DNA from: Pseudodesulfovibrio mercurii
Lineage (GTDB): Bacteria; Desulfobacterota; Desulfovibrionia; Desulfovibrionales; Desulfovibrionaceae
Assembly (NCBI RefSeq): GCF_000189295.2
Contig: NC_016803.1
Span: 960,001 to 992,000 of the forward strand
DNA length: 32,000 nt
Direction: 5' to 3'
This document shows positions 15,909 through 24,349 of the stretch, piece by piece (position 1 is the first letter of the stretch; each line of letters opens with the position of its first letter). The translations under genes and the position numbers were made by a program. Below the pieces are notes generated by a model, which ran no database searches, was not told the DNA's origin, and saw only the letters and a list, made by a program, of their open reading frames with translations.

Positions 15909-17357
15909 ATGACTGCCGACCTTTTTCCCTCCTATCGCGGACACATGGAATACTTCTGCCTGGGCTGCGGCAAGCGATTCCCCACGGATGAGCTGTACTA
16001 CACCTGCCCGGACTGCGGTGGCGTGTTCCTGCTCGACAACCTGAAGTTCGACGAGTTGAAGAAGACCTCCGGCAAGGAATGGCGGGCCATCTTCGACGCC
16101 CGCGCGGCCTCCAAGAAGACCGCCCTGCGCGGCATCTTCCGCTTCTACGAGCTGATGGCCCCGGTGCTGGAGGAGGAGGACATCGTCTACCTCGGCGAGG
16201 GCAACACCCCGCTGGTGGCCTCGAGCCCGGCCCTCAACGCGGCCACGGGCCTGACCACGGCCTACAAGAACGACGGCCAGAACCCGTCGGCCTCGTTCAA
16301 GGACCGGGGCATGGCCTGCGGCTTCTCCTATCTGCGCTCGCTCATCCGCCGCCATGGCTGGGACCAGATTTTGACGGTCTGCGCCTCCACCGGCGACACC
16401 TCGGCCGCGGCGGCGCTCTATGCCTCCTACGCGGGCGGGGCGATCAAGTCCGTGGTCATCCTGCCCTACGGCAAGGTCACTCCGGCCCAGCTGGCCCAGC
16501 CGCTCGGCTCCGGGGCCGTGGTCCTGGAAGTGCCCGGCGTGTTCGACGACTGCATGAAGGTGGTCGAGCACCTGGCCGACAACTACCGCGTGGCCCTGCT
16601 CAACTCCAAGAACGCCTGGCGCATCCTGGGCCAGGAGTCCTACGCCTTCGAGTGCGCCCAGTGGTTCGACTGGGACATGAAGGGCAAGTGCATCTTCGTG
16701 CCCATCGGCAACGCGGGCAACATCACCGCCATCATGGCCGGTTTCCTCAAGCTCTACGACCTCGGCATCATCGAGGAGCTGCCGCGCATCTTTGGCGTGC
16801 AGTCCCACCACGCGGACCCGGTCTACCGCTACTACGCGGTGGACGACCCCAAGGAACGCGAGTACCACCCCATGAAGGTCAGCGCCTCCGTGGCCCAGGC
16901 GGCCATGATCGGCAACCCGGTGTCCTTCCCGCGCGTCAAGTATTTCGCCGAGAAGTTCGAGGCCGTGGGCGGTAAACGCGCCTTCCAGGTCCTCCAGGTG
17001 ACCGAACAGCAGATCATGGACTCCATGATCCAGGCCAACCGCAACGGGCACATCGCCTGCACCCAGGGCGGCGAGTCCTTTGCCGGGGCCAAGCGGGCCC
17101 TGGAGCTCGGCCTGGTCACCAAGGACGAGCTGTGCATCCTCGACTCCACGGCCCATCAGCTCAAGTTTGTGGATTTCCAGAACATGTATTTCGACAACGC
17201 CTTCCCGCCCGAGTTCGGGGTCAAGCCGGACATGGCGCTCGCCAACAAGCCGCAGCTGATCATCTCGCCCGAGGAGAAGGACAGCCTGTCCGAGGCGGAA
17301 TACACCCGCCGGACCGCGGACAACGTGGTCGCCCGTCTCGGGCTGGAAAAAAAGTAG
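15909..17357 (+). CDS. thrC: Threonine synthase with an N-terminal zinc-ribbon
   Basis: Start re-set to ATG 15909. CLGCGKRF..YTCPDCGG, then ..NPSASFKDRGM.. (PLP lysine) and ..VPIGNAGNI... Confidence 0.9.
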   Translation: MTADLFPSYRGHMEYFCLGCGKRFPTDELYYTCPDCGGVFLLDNLKFDELKKTSGKEWRAIFDARAASKKTALRGIFRFYELMAPVLEEEDIVYLGEGNTPLVASSPALNAATGLTTAYKNDGQNPSASFKDRGMACGFSYLRSLIRRHGWDQILTVCASTGDTSAAAALYASYAGGAIKSVVILPYGKVTPAQLAQPLGSGAVVLEVPGVFDDCMKVVEHLADNYRVALLNSKNAWRILGQESYAFECAQWFDWDMKGKCIFVPIGNAGNITAIMAGFLKLYDLGIIEELPRIFGVQSHHADPVYRYYAVDDPKEREYHPMKVSASVAQAAMIGNPVSFPRVKYFAEKFEAVGGKRAFQVLQVTEQQIMDSMIQANRNGHIACTQGGESFAGAKRALELGLVTKDELCILDSTAHQLKFVDFQNMYFDNAFPPEFGVKPDMALANKPQLIISPEEKDSLSEAEYTRRTADNVVARLGLEKK

Positions 17358-17370
17358 CCGGGGCCCCCGC

Positions 17371-18117
17371 ATGAAAAAGGAACGGGCGGACCAGTTGCTG
17401 GCCTCCCAGGGCCTTGCCGAGAGCCGGGAAAAGGCCAAGCGGCTGATCATGGCGGGCAAGGTCCACTACATGGATCGCGGCCAGAAGACGCCGGTGACCA
17501 AGCCGGGCCAGCAGTTCTCGCCGGACACGGAGTTTGTGGTCCCGGACGACGACCGTTTCGTGTCGCGCGGGGCCTACAAGCTGCTCACGGCCATCGAGGA
17601 ATTCGACCTGGATTTCGCGGGCAAGGTCGCGCTGGACGCGGGCGCGTCCACGGGCGGTTTCACGGACTGCCTGCTCCAGTTTGGTGCGACGCGGGTCTAC
17701 GCCGTGGACGTGGGCTACGGCCAGCTGCACGAGAAGCTCCGCCAGGACGGCCGGGTGGTCAACCTGGAACGGACCAACGTGCGCCACGCCGAACCCGACC
17801 TCATCCCCGAGCCCGTGGACGTCATCACGGCCGACGTGTCCTTCATCTCCCTGACCAAGATCCTGCCCGCCTGCCTGCAGTTCCTGCGGCCCGGCGGCGA
17901 GCTGGTGGTCCTGGTCAAGCCGCAGTTCGAGGTGGGACCGGGCCAGACCGACAAGGGCGTGGTCCGGGATGAAAGGTTGCGTCAGTCGGCCGTGGACACG
18001 GTCCTCGACTTCTGCCGGGACGAGCTGGGACTGACGGTCCTGGGCGTGGTCCCGTCCAATATCCTGGGGCCCAAGGGCAACCAGGAATACATGGCCTACA
18101 TGCGTCGGCCGGAATAA
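17371..18117 (+). CDS. tlyA: TlyA-family 16S/23S rRNA (cytidine-2'-O)-methyltransferase
   Basis: S4 domain (RADQLLASQGLAESREKAKRLIMAGKV), ..VSRGAYKL.., SAM motif LDAGASTGGFTDCLLQ, ..DVSFISL.., ..LVKPQFE... Confidence 0.9.
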   Translation: MKKERADQLLASQGLAESREKAKRLIMAGKVHYMDRGQKTPVTKPGQQFSPDTEFVVPDDDRFVSRGAYKLLTAIEEFDLDFAGKVALDAGASTGGFTDCLLQFGATRVYAVDVGYGQLHEKLRQDGRVVNLERTNVRHAEPDLIPEPVDVITADVSFISLTKILPACLQFLRPGGELVVLVKPQFEVGPGQTDKGVVRDERLRQSAVDTVLDFCRDELGLTVLGVVPSNILGPKGNQEYMAYMRRPE

Positions 18118-18120
18118 TCC

Positions 18121-18996
18121 ATGCTTCGCGGACTCGTCTTTGCGGTCATCTCCGCCGCCTGCTTCGGCTCCATGGCCATCCTGGTTAAGCTCGGCTACAT
18201 GGCGGGCATGGACGGGGCGGTGATGATGCAGCTGCGCTTCACCGTGGCCGTGGCCCTGCTGCTCGTCTACCTGCTGGCCACCTCGCCGGGGATGCTGCGC
18301 ATCTCCCTGCGCGACCTGGGCAAATGCGCCTTCCTGGGGCTGGTGGTCTACTGGTTGCAGACCACCTGCTTCGTCAACGCCCTGGAGACCATCCCGGCGT
18401 CCACGGCGGCCCTGGTCCTGTACGGCCACCCCATGGCCGTGACCCTGCTCGCCTCCCTGTTCCTGCGCATGCGCGTGGATCGGGTGGTCGTCCTCTCCCT
18501 GTTCCTGGTCATGGTCGGCTGCTGCCTGGTCTTCTACGACGCGTTCCTGCGCGCGGTGGACCCCACCGGGCTGGTCTACGCCCTGGGGGCCATGGCCACC
18601 TTCTCGGTCTACCTGATCCTGGTCCAGGTGCTGCTCAAGGGGCTCAGGCCGCTGACCGCGACCTTCTACGTCATGGTCTTCGCGGCCATTTCCTTCACCC
18701 TGTCGGGCGACATCCACGCCTGGGCGACCCTGGACCTCCAACAGGCGGCCATCAGCCTGGCGCTGGGCCTGTTCCCGGGCGTGGTGGCCGTGACCTTCCT
18801 CTACACGGCCATCGAGAAGATCGGCAGCGCGTACGCCTGCATCTTCTCATCAGTGGAGCCGGTCATCACCCTGCTGGCGGCGGCGGTCTTCCTGGGAGAA
18901 CCCGTGGTCTGGCTACAGATATGGGGCGCGGTCCTGATCATCCTCGGCATCGTCGTGCCCAACCTGCGCCTGCGGCAACGGGCCGGGGCCGAGTGA
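18121..18996 (+). CDS. DMT-superfamily (EamA-like) transporter
   Basis: About 10 hydrophobic segments arranged as two EamA-like halves. Starts 3 nt after tlyA. Confidence 0.82.
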   Translation: MLRGLVFAVISAACFGSMAILVKLGYMAGMDGAVMMQLRFTVAVALLLVYLLATSPGMLRISLRDLGKCAFLGLVVYWLQTTCFVNALETIPASTAALVLYGHPMAVTLLASLFLRMRVDRVVVLSLFLVMVGCCLVFYDAFLRAVDPTGLVYALGAMATFSVYLILVQVLLKGLRPLTATFYVMVFAAISFTLSGDIHAWATLDLQQAAISLALGLFPGVVAVTFLYTAIEKIGSAYACIFSSVEPVITLLAAAVFLGEPVVWLQIWGAVLIILGIVVPNLRLRQRAGAE

Positions 18997-19019
18997 CCGC
19001 GACCCGATGACGTCCGGGG

Positions 19020-19844
19020 CTAGTCCCGCTTGTCCATGTACCTGGCCAGCAGCTTGAGGTGGGCCTTTTCCTCGCGGGCCAGGAGTTGCAGGACGTCCCT
19101 GGTGTCCTCGCTCCGGGCGCGCATGGCGCAGCGCAGGTAATAGTCCAGGGCCTGGGCCTCGATCATGGAGGCCAGTTCAAGCACCCCGTGGTCGCTGTCG
19201 AAGGCGCCGGGGAAGCGGTCCATGAACTCGCCGACCGGCACCCCGCCCTCGGCCATGTCCGAGGCGTTGCGCAGGGCGACGTCCTCGAATTCCTCGCGGC
19301 TCATGACCTCCTCGCTGGTGCGGGTGTAGAGTTCGTACAAAACATCCTTGTGCTTGTCCTCGAACCCGGCCAGTTCCATGAACAATTCGATGCGCTCCAT
19401 GGTCTCGGCCATGTCCGCGCGCTGCACGTAGAAGGCCTGGAGCACGTTCTCCATGGCGTAGGCCTTGAGGATGACCTCGGCCGGGCTCTCGGCCCCGGTG
19501 AAGGCGATCATGCCCAGCTCCATGGGGCCGAAGGCGCCATCGCCCTCCCAGGCGGACATGCCGCCCACCAGGTTGTTGATGTCCTCGAAGCCCTGCCCCT
19601 GGAGGAGCGCGGCGGCGGCCATGGACCGGCCGCCCGAGGCGCAGTAGACGAGCAGCGGCCGCTGCCTGTCGAGCTCGTCGAAGCGGTCCGGCAGTTCGGA
19701 CAGGGGCACCAACCGCGCCCCGGGGATGTGGTCCCGCTCGTATTCCGACTCCTGCCTGACGTCCAGGAGCGTGAAGGAGTCCGGCTTGCTGCCTTCCATG
19801 AACTTGCGCGCCTCATCCGGCGTCATCTGCGTGATGGTGGACAT
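19020..19844 (-). CDS. Rhodanese domain fused to a ferritin-like/rubrerythrin-like di-iron four-helix-bundle domain
   Basis: Start re-set to ATG 19844 (SD GGGGGGA). N-terminal rhodanese with active-site loop VYCASGGRS (Cys68). The C-terminal domain carries two E...ExxH pairs (AMENV..FEDKH and IEAQA..EEKAH). Confidence 0.8.
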   Translation of the reverse strand: MSTITQMTPDEARKFMEGSKPDSFTLLDVRQESEYERDHIPGARLVPLSELPDRFDELDRQRPLLVYCASGGRSMAAAALLQGQGFEDINNLVGGMSAWEGDGAFGPMELGMIAFTGAESPAEVILKAYAMENVLQAFYVQRADMAETMERIELFMELAGFEDKHKDVLYELYTRTSEEVMSREEFEDVALRNASDMAEGGVPVGEFMDRFPGAFDSDHGVLELASMIEAQALDYYLRCAMRARSEDTRDVLQLLAREEKAHLKLLARYMDKRD

Positions 19845-19895
19845 GATTCCCCCCTGATGGTGCTGTCTGAACGACAAAAACGTCCGTTTCAACAA

Positions 19896-19924
19896 ACAGT
19901 AGGAAGGACGGCCCGTCCCGTCAA
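19896..19924 (-). promoter_or_regulatory. Candidate sigma70 promoter of the rhodanese-fusion gene
   Basis: The minus strand reads TTGACG (19924..19919)-N17-TACTGT (19901..19896). It starts 17 nt after the cbiQ-like stop. Confidence 0.4.
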
Positions 19925-19940
19925 CAGGATGCGGAAGGCG

Positions 19941-20651
19941 CTAGAGAAAAAACATGGCCCCGGCGGCCAGGAGCACGAATCCTGTCGCGGCCCAGTCCCG
20001 GCCCGCCCAGGTGAAGTCCGGCTCCCAGGCCCCGGACCGGTCCAGGCCGCGACAGGCCACGGCCAGGGTCTGGTTCCAGGTCTTCTGGCCGAGGTTGCGG
20101 ATGACCGCCTGGGGGATGATGCGCATGCGCCGGAAGAACCCGGCCTCGGGGAGACGCCGGGCGACCACCTCGCGCACCCCGGTCAGGGCGGCCAGGCAGG
20201 CGGGCAGGAAATGGACCATGAGCGACAGGGACAGGGCGATGCGCCAGGCCCGCTCCCGGCCCAGGAACGGCCTGAGCGCCCAGGCCACGGCCAGCCCCAG
20301 GGCGCGTGCCGAGGTGGACAGGGCCAGGCACAGGCCGAGCATGAGCAGGGCCACCAGGCGCACGGCCAGCTGGGCCGCGTCCGTGGCCATGTACTCCACC
20401 GGCACCCCGCTGATCCCGTCGAGCACGGACTTGATGGCCACCCAGAAAAAGACGAAGGAAAGCAGGCTGCGGACCATCTTGCCGCCGCCCGGCTGCCCGG
20501 CGGCCAGGAAGCGGACCAGGACCAGCAGGAACGCGGCGCACCCGGTTGCGGCCGGAACGTCCACCTTCCACAGCCAGGGGCCGATCAGCAGGGCCGCCGC
20601 CAGTTTGAGGCGCGGGTCCAGGGAACGGACCAGTCCCGCCACGTCGATCAT
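19941..20651 (-). CDS. ECF/cobalt-type transporter transmembrane (T) component, CbiQ/EcfT family
   Basis: MIDVAGLVRSLDPRLKLAAALLIG.. (the LDPR.K N-terminal motif), multiple TM segments, ..AVACRGLD... ATG 20651 overlaps the upstream ATPase stop (ATGA). Track ORF 19941..21407 over-extends out of frame across the ATPase gene. Confidence 0.8.
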   Translation of the reverse strand: MIDVAGLVRSLDPRLKLAAALLIGPWLWKVDVPAATGCAAFLLVLVRFLAAGQPGGGKMVRSLLSFVFFWVAIKSVLDGISGVPVEYMATDAAQLAVRLVALLMLGLCLALSTSARALGLAVAWALRPFLGRERAWRIALSLSLMVHFLPACLAALTGVREVVARRLPEAGFFRRMRIIPQAVIRNLGQKTWNQTLAVACRGLDRSGAWEPDFTWAGRDWAATGFVLLAAGAMFFL

Positions 20652-21391
20652 CGGCCCGTCTCCCCATCCCACGGCTGGATGGTCCGGCAGGCGGTCCATG
20701 AGCCCGGCGCGCGCACCGCGTGTTCGGCCACGCGGTCCAGGACGGTCTCGGCCGGGCCGTTCAGGACCAGCTCGCCGTTGTCGAGCACGGCCAAGGCGTC
20801 CACCAGGTCGATGTACGGCTCCAGGTCGTGGCTGGAGACCACCTGGGTCAGCCCGGCCTCGCGGTTGGCCCGGATCAGGGCGCGCATCTCGCGCACGCCG
20901 GGATAATCGAGGCCGCTGAAGGGCTCGTCCAGGAGCAGCACGCGCGGGCGGTCCAGCAGGGCCGCGGCCAGGCAGAGCTTGCGCTTGGTGCCCCAGGACA
21001 GGGTCTGCACCGGCCGGTCCCAGTATTTCAGAAGGTTGAGCCGCTCGGCCATGGTGCGGGCCTCGGCGGTCACGGCCTCGTCGCGGCCCCGGCCCAGGAG
21101 CAGGTCCTCCTCCACCGTGGCCCCGAGGATCTGCAGGTCCGCGTCCTGCATGACCAGACGGCAGACCAGGCGGATGTCCCCCTCGTGGCCCGGGCTGACC
21201 CGCCCGGCCACCTCGAGGCTCCCCCCGGTCGGGGCGTACAGCCCGGCCATGAGCGCGAGCAGGGTGGACTTGCCGCTGCCGTTGGCCCCGGCCAATCCGA
21301 GCAGACCGCCCTTCTCCACCTTCAGGGACACTCCGGACAGGACCTCGTCCCCGGCGGGATAGGCGAATGTAACGGTATTCAGTTCCAGCAT
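20648..21391 (-). CDS. ECF/cobalt-type transporter ATP-binding protein, CbiO/EcfA family
   Basis: Start re-set to ATG 21391 (SD GAGGA). Walker A GANGSGKST, Q-loop, signature LSWGTKRKL, Walker B LLLDEPFSGLD, H-loop SSHD. Confidence 0.9.
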   Translation of the reverse strand: MLELNTVTFAYPAGDEVLSGVSLKVEKGGLLGLAGANGSGKSTLLALMAGLYAPTGGSLEVAGRVSPGHEGDIRLVCRLVMQDADLQILGATVEEDLLLGRGRDEAVTAEARTMAERLNLLKYWDRPVQTLSWGTKRKLCLAAALLDRPRVLLLDEPFSGLDYPGVREMRALIRANREAGLTQVVSSHDLEPYIDLVDALAVLDNGELVLNGPAETVLDRVAEHAVRAPGSWTACRTIQPWDGETGR

Positions 21392-21484
21392 GGTTTTCCT
21401 CGCACAAGACACTTCATCATCACCACCCCCGCTGTCAACGGTGCGGGACGGAAAGAACGGCCCGGGCCCAGACTCCCGGAATAG

Positions 21485-21508
21485 AAAACCCCGCCGGAGC
21501 GGGGTTTT
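21485..21508. terminator. Intrinsic terminator between the FadL-like gene and the cbiO-like gene
   Basis: AAAA-CCCCGC-cgga-GCGGGG-TTTT. On the minus strand the hairpin is followed by TTTTCTATT. Confidence 0.65.
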
Positions 21509-21528
21509 CGTCGTCGCTGGAGCGGCTT

Positions 21529-22749
21529 CTAGAAATGGTAGCCGATGGAGGAGCCGAGCCCCCAGGTACTGCCGTTCTTGAAGTCCACCTTGTAGGTGGT
21601 GCCGCCGGAATCGGTCATGGACATGCCCTTGCGTTCCTTGGTGATGATGTACATGCCGGCCACGTCCAGGGTCCAGTCGGACCACTTGTAGCCCGCGCCC
21701 AGGGTGAACATCTGGCGGTCGTTGGCAGGCAGCATGGGCGAGGCGTAGTCGCCGCGGATGGGCGTCTGGTCATAGACGTAGCCCGCGCGCATGGCGAAGG
21801 CGTCGGTGAACCGATATTCCGTGCCGAGCTGGAAGCGCCAGGTGGACTTGTAGTTGAAGTCCACCATCTTGTTGGGCAGCGGAGAATTGGTGAAGCAGTA
21901 TTCGATGCGGTCGAACTGTTCCCACTGGGTGTAGACGATGTCGAACTCGAAGGTCAGCTTGTCCGTGGGGGTGAAGCCCAGGCCCACGGTGTAGCTCGCC
22001 GGGAAGTCGGCGATCATGGTGGCGTCGCCGCTGCTGTTCAGGACGGGAATCGGGCTTCCGGTCACGGACACCGTGCCCTCGCCCTCGAAATGCATGGACG
22101 AACGGTAGGTCAGGCCCACGGAAAACATGTCGTTGATGTCGTAGAGCAGGCCCAGGTTAAAGGCGAAGGAGACGCCGTCCACGTCGGTCATGAGGATACC
22201 GCCGCCGGGCGTGGTCATCTCCTGGTGGGTGGTGAAGTAGCCCTTGATGATTTCGAGGCCGCCGCCCACGGACAGGGAGTCGTTGACCTTGTAGGACACG
22301 ACCGGGTTCAGGGAGAAGGTCTCCAGCAGGGCGTCCTGAATCAGGGTCTGGCCGGGCCAGTTGCTGGCGTAGTCCGTGCCCAGGCCGAACCGGGTGTAGA
22401 CACCCACGCCGAGGGTCCAGTCGTCGTTGACCTGGTGGGTCGCGTAGCCGTGGGGGACGCCGAAGACCTGGTTCTGGGTGTGGCTCTCGACTCCGTCCAC
22501 ATAGACATCCGAGGACGGGGAGACCGCGGTCACGCCGCCGTAGACGTTGGTGCCCTCAAGCTTGCTCATCTCCGCGGGGTTGTAGGCGATGACCGAGGCG
22601 TCATTGCCGGTGGCGTAGTTGGCCGTACCCATGCCCAGGGCGCGGTTGCCCCACTCGTACAGCGCGAAACCGCCCGCCTGGACCACTGAGGCGGTCGCAA
22701 GCAGGCAGACCAGAACACTGAACACAAAACAAGCGGACGCGCGTTTCAT
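21529..22749 (-). CDS. FadL/TodX-family outer-membrane transport protein for hydrophobic compounds
   Basis: Start re-set to ATG 22749 (SD AAGGGGGAAGG). Signal peptide MKRASACFVFSVLVCLLATASVVQA, then GGFALYEWGNRALGMGTANYA (the FadL N-terminal hatch motif). Beta-barrel pattern, C-terminal ..GYHF. Confidence 0.85.
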   Translation of the reverse strand: MKRASACFVFSVLVCLLATASVVQAGGFALYEWGNRALGMGTANYATGNDASVIAYNPAEMSKLEGTNVYGGVTAVSPSSDVYVDGVESHTQNQVFGVPHGYATHQVNDDWTLGVGVYTRFGLGTDYASNWPGQTLIQDALLETFSLNPVVSYKVNDSLSVGGGLEIIKGYFTTHQEMTTPGGGILMTDVDGVSFAFNLGLLYDINDMFSVGLTYRSSMHFEGEGTVSVTGSPIPVLNSSGDATMIADFPASYTVGLGFTPTDKLTFEFDIVYTQWEQFDRIEYCFTNSPLPNKMVDFNYKSTWRFQLGTEYRFTDAFAMRAGYVYDQTPIRGDYASPMLPANDRQMFTLGAGYKWSDWTLDVAGMYIITKERKGMSMTDSGGTTYKVDFKNGSTWGLGSSIGYHF

Positions 22750-22875
22750 CCTTCCCCCTTGGATCGCTGCCGCGCCCTGCGGCAACGAGCGTTTCAATGC
22801 CTCCGGCACCCTCCCAGATGCCTCGGTGAAATTCCACCCCGGAAACATTACGTTATTAGATGCACAAACTGCCCA

Positions 22876-22904
22876 CTCATACATGAGAGGCCTGATAATG
22901 TAAA
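22876..22904 (-). promoter_or_regulatory. Candidate sigma70 promoter of the FadL-like gene, with a palindrome over the -10 box
   Basis: The minus strand reads TTTACA (22904..22899)-N17-TATGAG (22881..22876). The 12-nt palindrome CTCATACATGAG (22876..22887) covers the -10 box. Confidence 0.4.
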
Positions 22905-22968
22905 ATCAAAAAGCCTTTTCAAACAGCTGTTTAACTCATTTCCCGGAACGGTCGAAAGACTCGTGACG

Positions 22969-22984
22969 CGGCACGATTCTGGCA
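22969..22984 (+). promoter_or_regulatory. Weak sigma54-like -24/-12 element upstream of the glycine-zipper membrane protein gene
   Basis: CGGCAC-gattc-TGGCA has GG-N10-GC spacing (consensus TGGCAC-N5-TTGCA), about 54 nt upstream of ATG 23038. Both boxes are imperfect. Confidence 0.25.
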
Positions 22985-23037
22985 GTGCGCAAGGCATGCG
23001 CGGGAAGCGGAAGATATTTCCCGGCGCGGGAGGACGC

Positions 23038-23475
23038 ATGAAGGAATTCATTCCCCGGCTGGACGCCAAGGAGAAGAGCTTTCACGGGCTGCTGGCCGTG
23101 GGCGGCCTGGCGGGCATCATCGAGGGATCGGTGCGCTACGGCTTCACCCTGCACACCGCGTTTCCGGGCATGCTGCTGACCCTGCTGGGGGCCTTTCTGG
23201 GCGGGTTCACCGGTCTGTTCCTGAAGGACTGCTGCCGCACCTGGCGGGGCCGAAAGCCCTACCGGGGGGTGCACAACGACGGCTGGATGCTGGGCGGGTT
23301 CCTGGGCGCCCTACTGGGCACCCTGTTCCAGGTGGCCGCCAGCCCGGACGGGGCCAACCTGGTCATCGGCTCCATTGTCGGGGCCTACCTCGGGGCGGCC
23401 TGCGGCGCCCTGCCGGACGAGTTCGTCACGCCCATCCTGAGCAGAATGATCGAACGGACGTCCGACAGGCCCTGA
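23038..23475 (+). CDS. Hypothetical small membrane protein (145 aa, glycine-zipper-rich, about 4 TM segments)
   Basis: ATG 23038 with SD GGGAGGA. Segments LLAVGGLAGIIEG, MLLTLLGAFLGGFTGLFL, MLGGFLGALLGTLF and IGSIVGAYLGAACGAL. High GC3. Family not recognised. Confidence 0.6.
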   Translation: MKEFIPRLDAKEKSFHGLLAVGGLAGIIEGSVRYGFTLHTAFPGMLLTLLGAFLGGFTGLFLKDCCRTWRGRKPYRGVHNDGWMLGGFLGALLGTLFQVAASPDGANLVIGSIVGAYLGAACGALPDEFVTPILSRMIERTSDRP

Positions 23476-23514
23476 CGCCGGGAGGGGCGGTCAGAACCTG
23501 CCGGACGGGACAAC

Positions 23515-24261
23515 CTACTGCATTTCCACCCAGATGACCGCGCCCATTTCGAGTTCGCGGCCCTCATAGGGCTTTTCGGCGGTGTTCAGGCCGGCAAAGC
23601 CCCACCACCCCTTCCACGGACAGGCGAAGGTGAACACGCCCTGGCCGTCACAGAGCACTTCCTGGGTGACCATGCGCTCGTTGGGCGCCTGGCGCTTGCC
23701 GTCCTTGTTGTAGAATTCCACTTCCACCCGGGTGTACGGGGCGGGCTGGCCGCCGACCAGGACCACGCCCTGGAAGACGTTGCCCGCATAGTTGCCGAAG
23801 GGCCGGGTCAGAGGGACGATCTCGGTGTCCAGACCCAGCGGCACGTTCCAGTTCTCGCCCTCGCCGTAGGCATCGATCACCACCTTGGTGATGTGACGGA
23901 TGTAGTTGTTCTCGGCGTCCTCCTTGTAGGGGACCGGGTCGAAGACGAAGGTGTACAGGCCGGGGGCCTTGGGGGTGAAGGCGGTCTTCCAGGCCAGATG
24001 GCCCATGACCTTGGTCTCCTTCAGGGTGGACAGCAGGTCCACGCGCTGGTCGTTGTCCACGGCCACGAAGAAGGCGGCGGGCTTTTCCAGTTCCATGCCC
24101 TGGCCCTCGAAGGGATGGGAGAACGACAGGGTCAATGCCACGGTCCGCTTCTCCTGGGTCAGTTCGTCGGTGTCGGGGATCAACATGCCGAAATGCGCCA
24201 GGGCCGGACCGGCGAAAAGGGCGACGCAGAGCACCGCAAGGCCGAAGGTCATTTTTTTCAT
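23515..24261 (-). CDS. DUF4198-family periplasmic protein (NikK/CbiK-type accessory component of Ni/Co uptake systems)
   Basis: Start re-set to ATG 24261 (SD GAGGAG). Signal peptide MKKMTFGLAVLCVALFAGPALA, with the mature N-terminus starting at His (HFGMLIP), as is typical of DUF4198. All-beta sequence pattern. The family assignment is from memory. Confidence 0.75.
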   Translation of the reverse strand: MKKMTFGLAVLCVALFAGPALAHFGMLIPDTDELTQEKRTVALTLSFSHPFEGQGMELEKPAAFFVAVDNDQRVDLLSTLKETKVMGHLAWKTAFTPKAPGLYTFVFDPVPYKEDAENNYIRHITKVVIDAYGEGENWNVPLGLDTEIVPLTRPFGNYAGNVFQGVVLVGGQPAPYTRVEVEFYNKDGKRQAPNERMVTQEVLCDGQGVFTFACPWKGWWGFAGLNTAEKPYEGRELEMGAVIWVEMQ

Positions 24262-24315
24262 CACACGCTCCTCAATGATTGTGGCAGACATAAAAATCCG
24301 TTTGTTGGTCGAATT

Positions 24316-24342
24316 ATGTTACTCATACTAAATTCGTAACAC
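24316..24342. promoter_or_regulatory. NikR-type operator candidate: ATGTTAC-N13-GTAACAC
   Basis: Inverted repeat matching 6/7 plus 7/7 positions of the GTGTTAC-N13/14-GTAACAC box that I recall being predicted for NikR in delta-proteobacteria and archaea. It overlaps the spacer and -10 box of the nikK-like promoter. Confidence 0.5.
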
Positions 24343-24349
24343 AAGTCAA
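24322..24349 (-). promoter_or_regulatory. Candidate sigma70 promoter of the nikK-like gene
   Basis: The minus strand reads TTGACT (24349..24344)-N16-TATGAG (24327..24322), in an AT-rich island. Confidence 0.4.

Noticed and set aside
19941-21407. A 488-aa ORF that looks like one large protein
   Set aside because: Its N-terminal 252 codons are an out-of-frame overlap of the cbiO-like gene with an Arg/Gly/Pro-rich translation. The real CbiQ-like protein starts at ATG 20651, which overlaps the ATPase stop codon.
22845-22905. An imperfect inverted repeat, ACATTACGTTATTAG ... CTGATAATGTAAAA, flanking the FadL promoter palindrome
   Set aside because: Only about 10 of 14 positions match, the repeat is not concentric with the central palindrome, and the sequence is AT-rich, where such matches are common.
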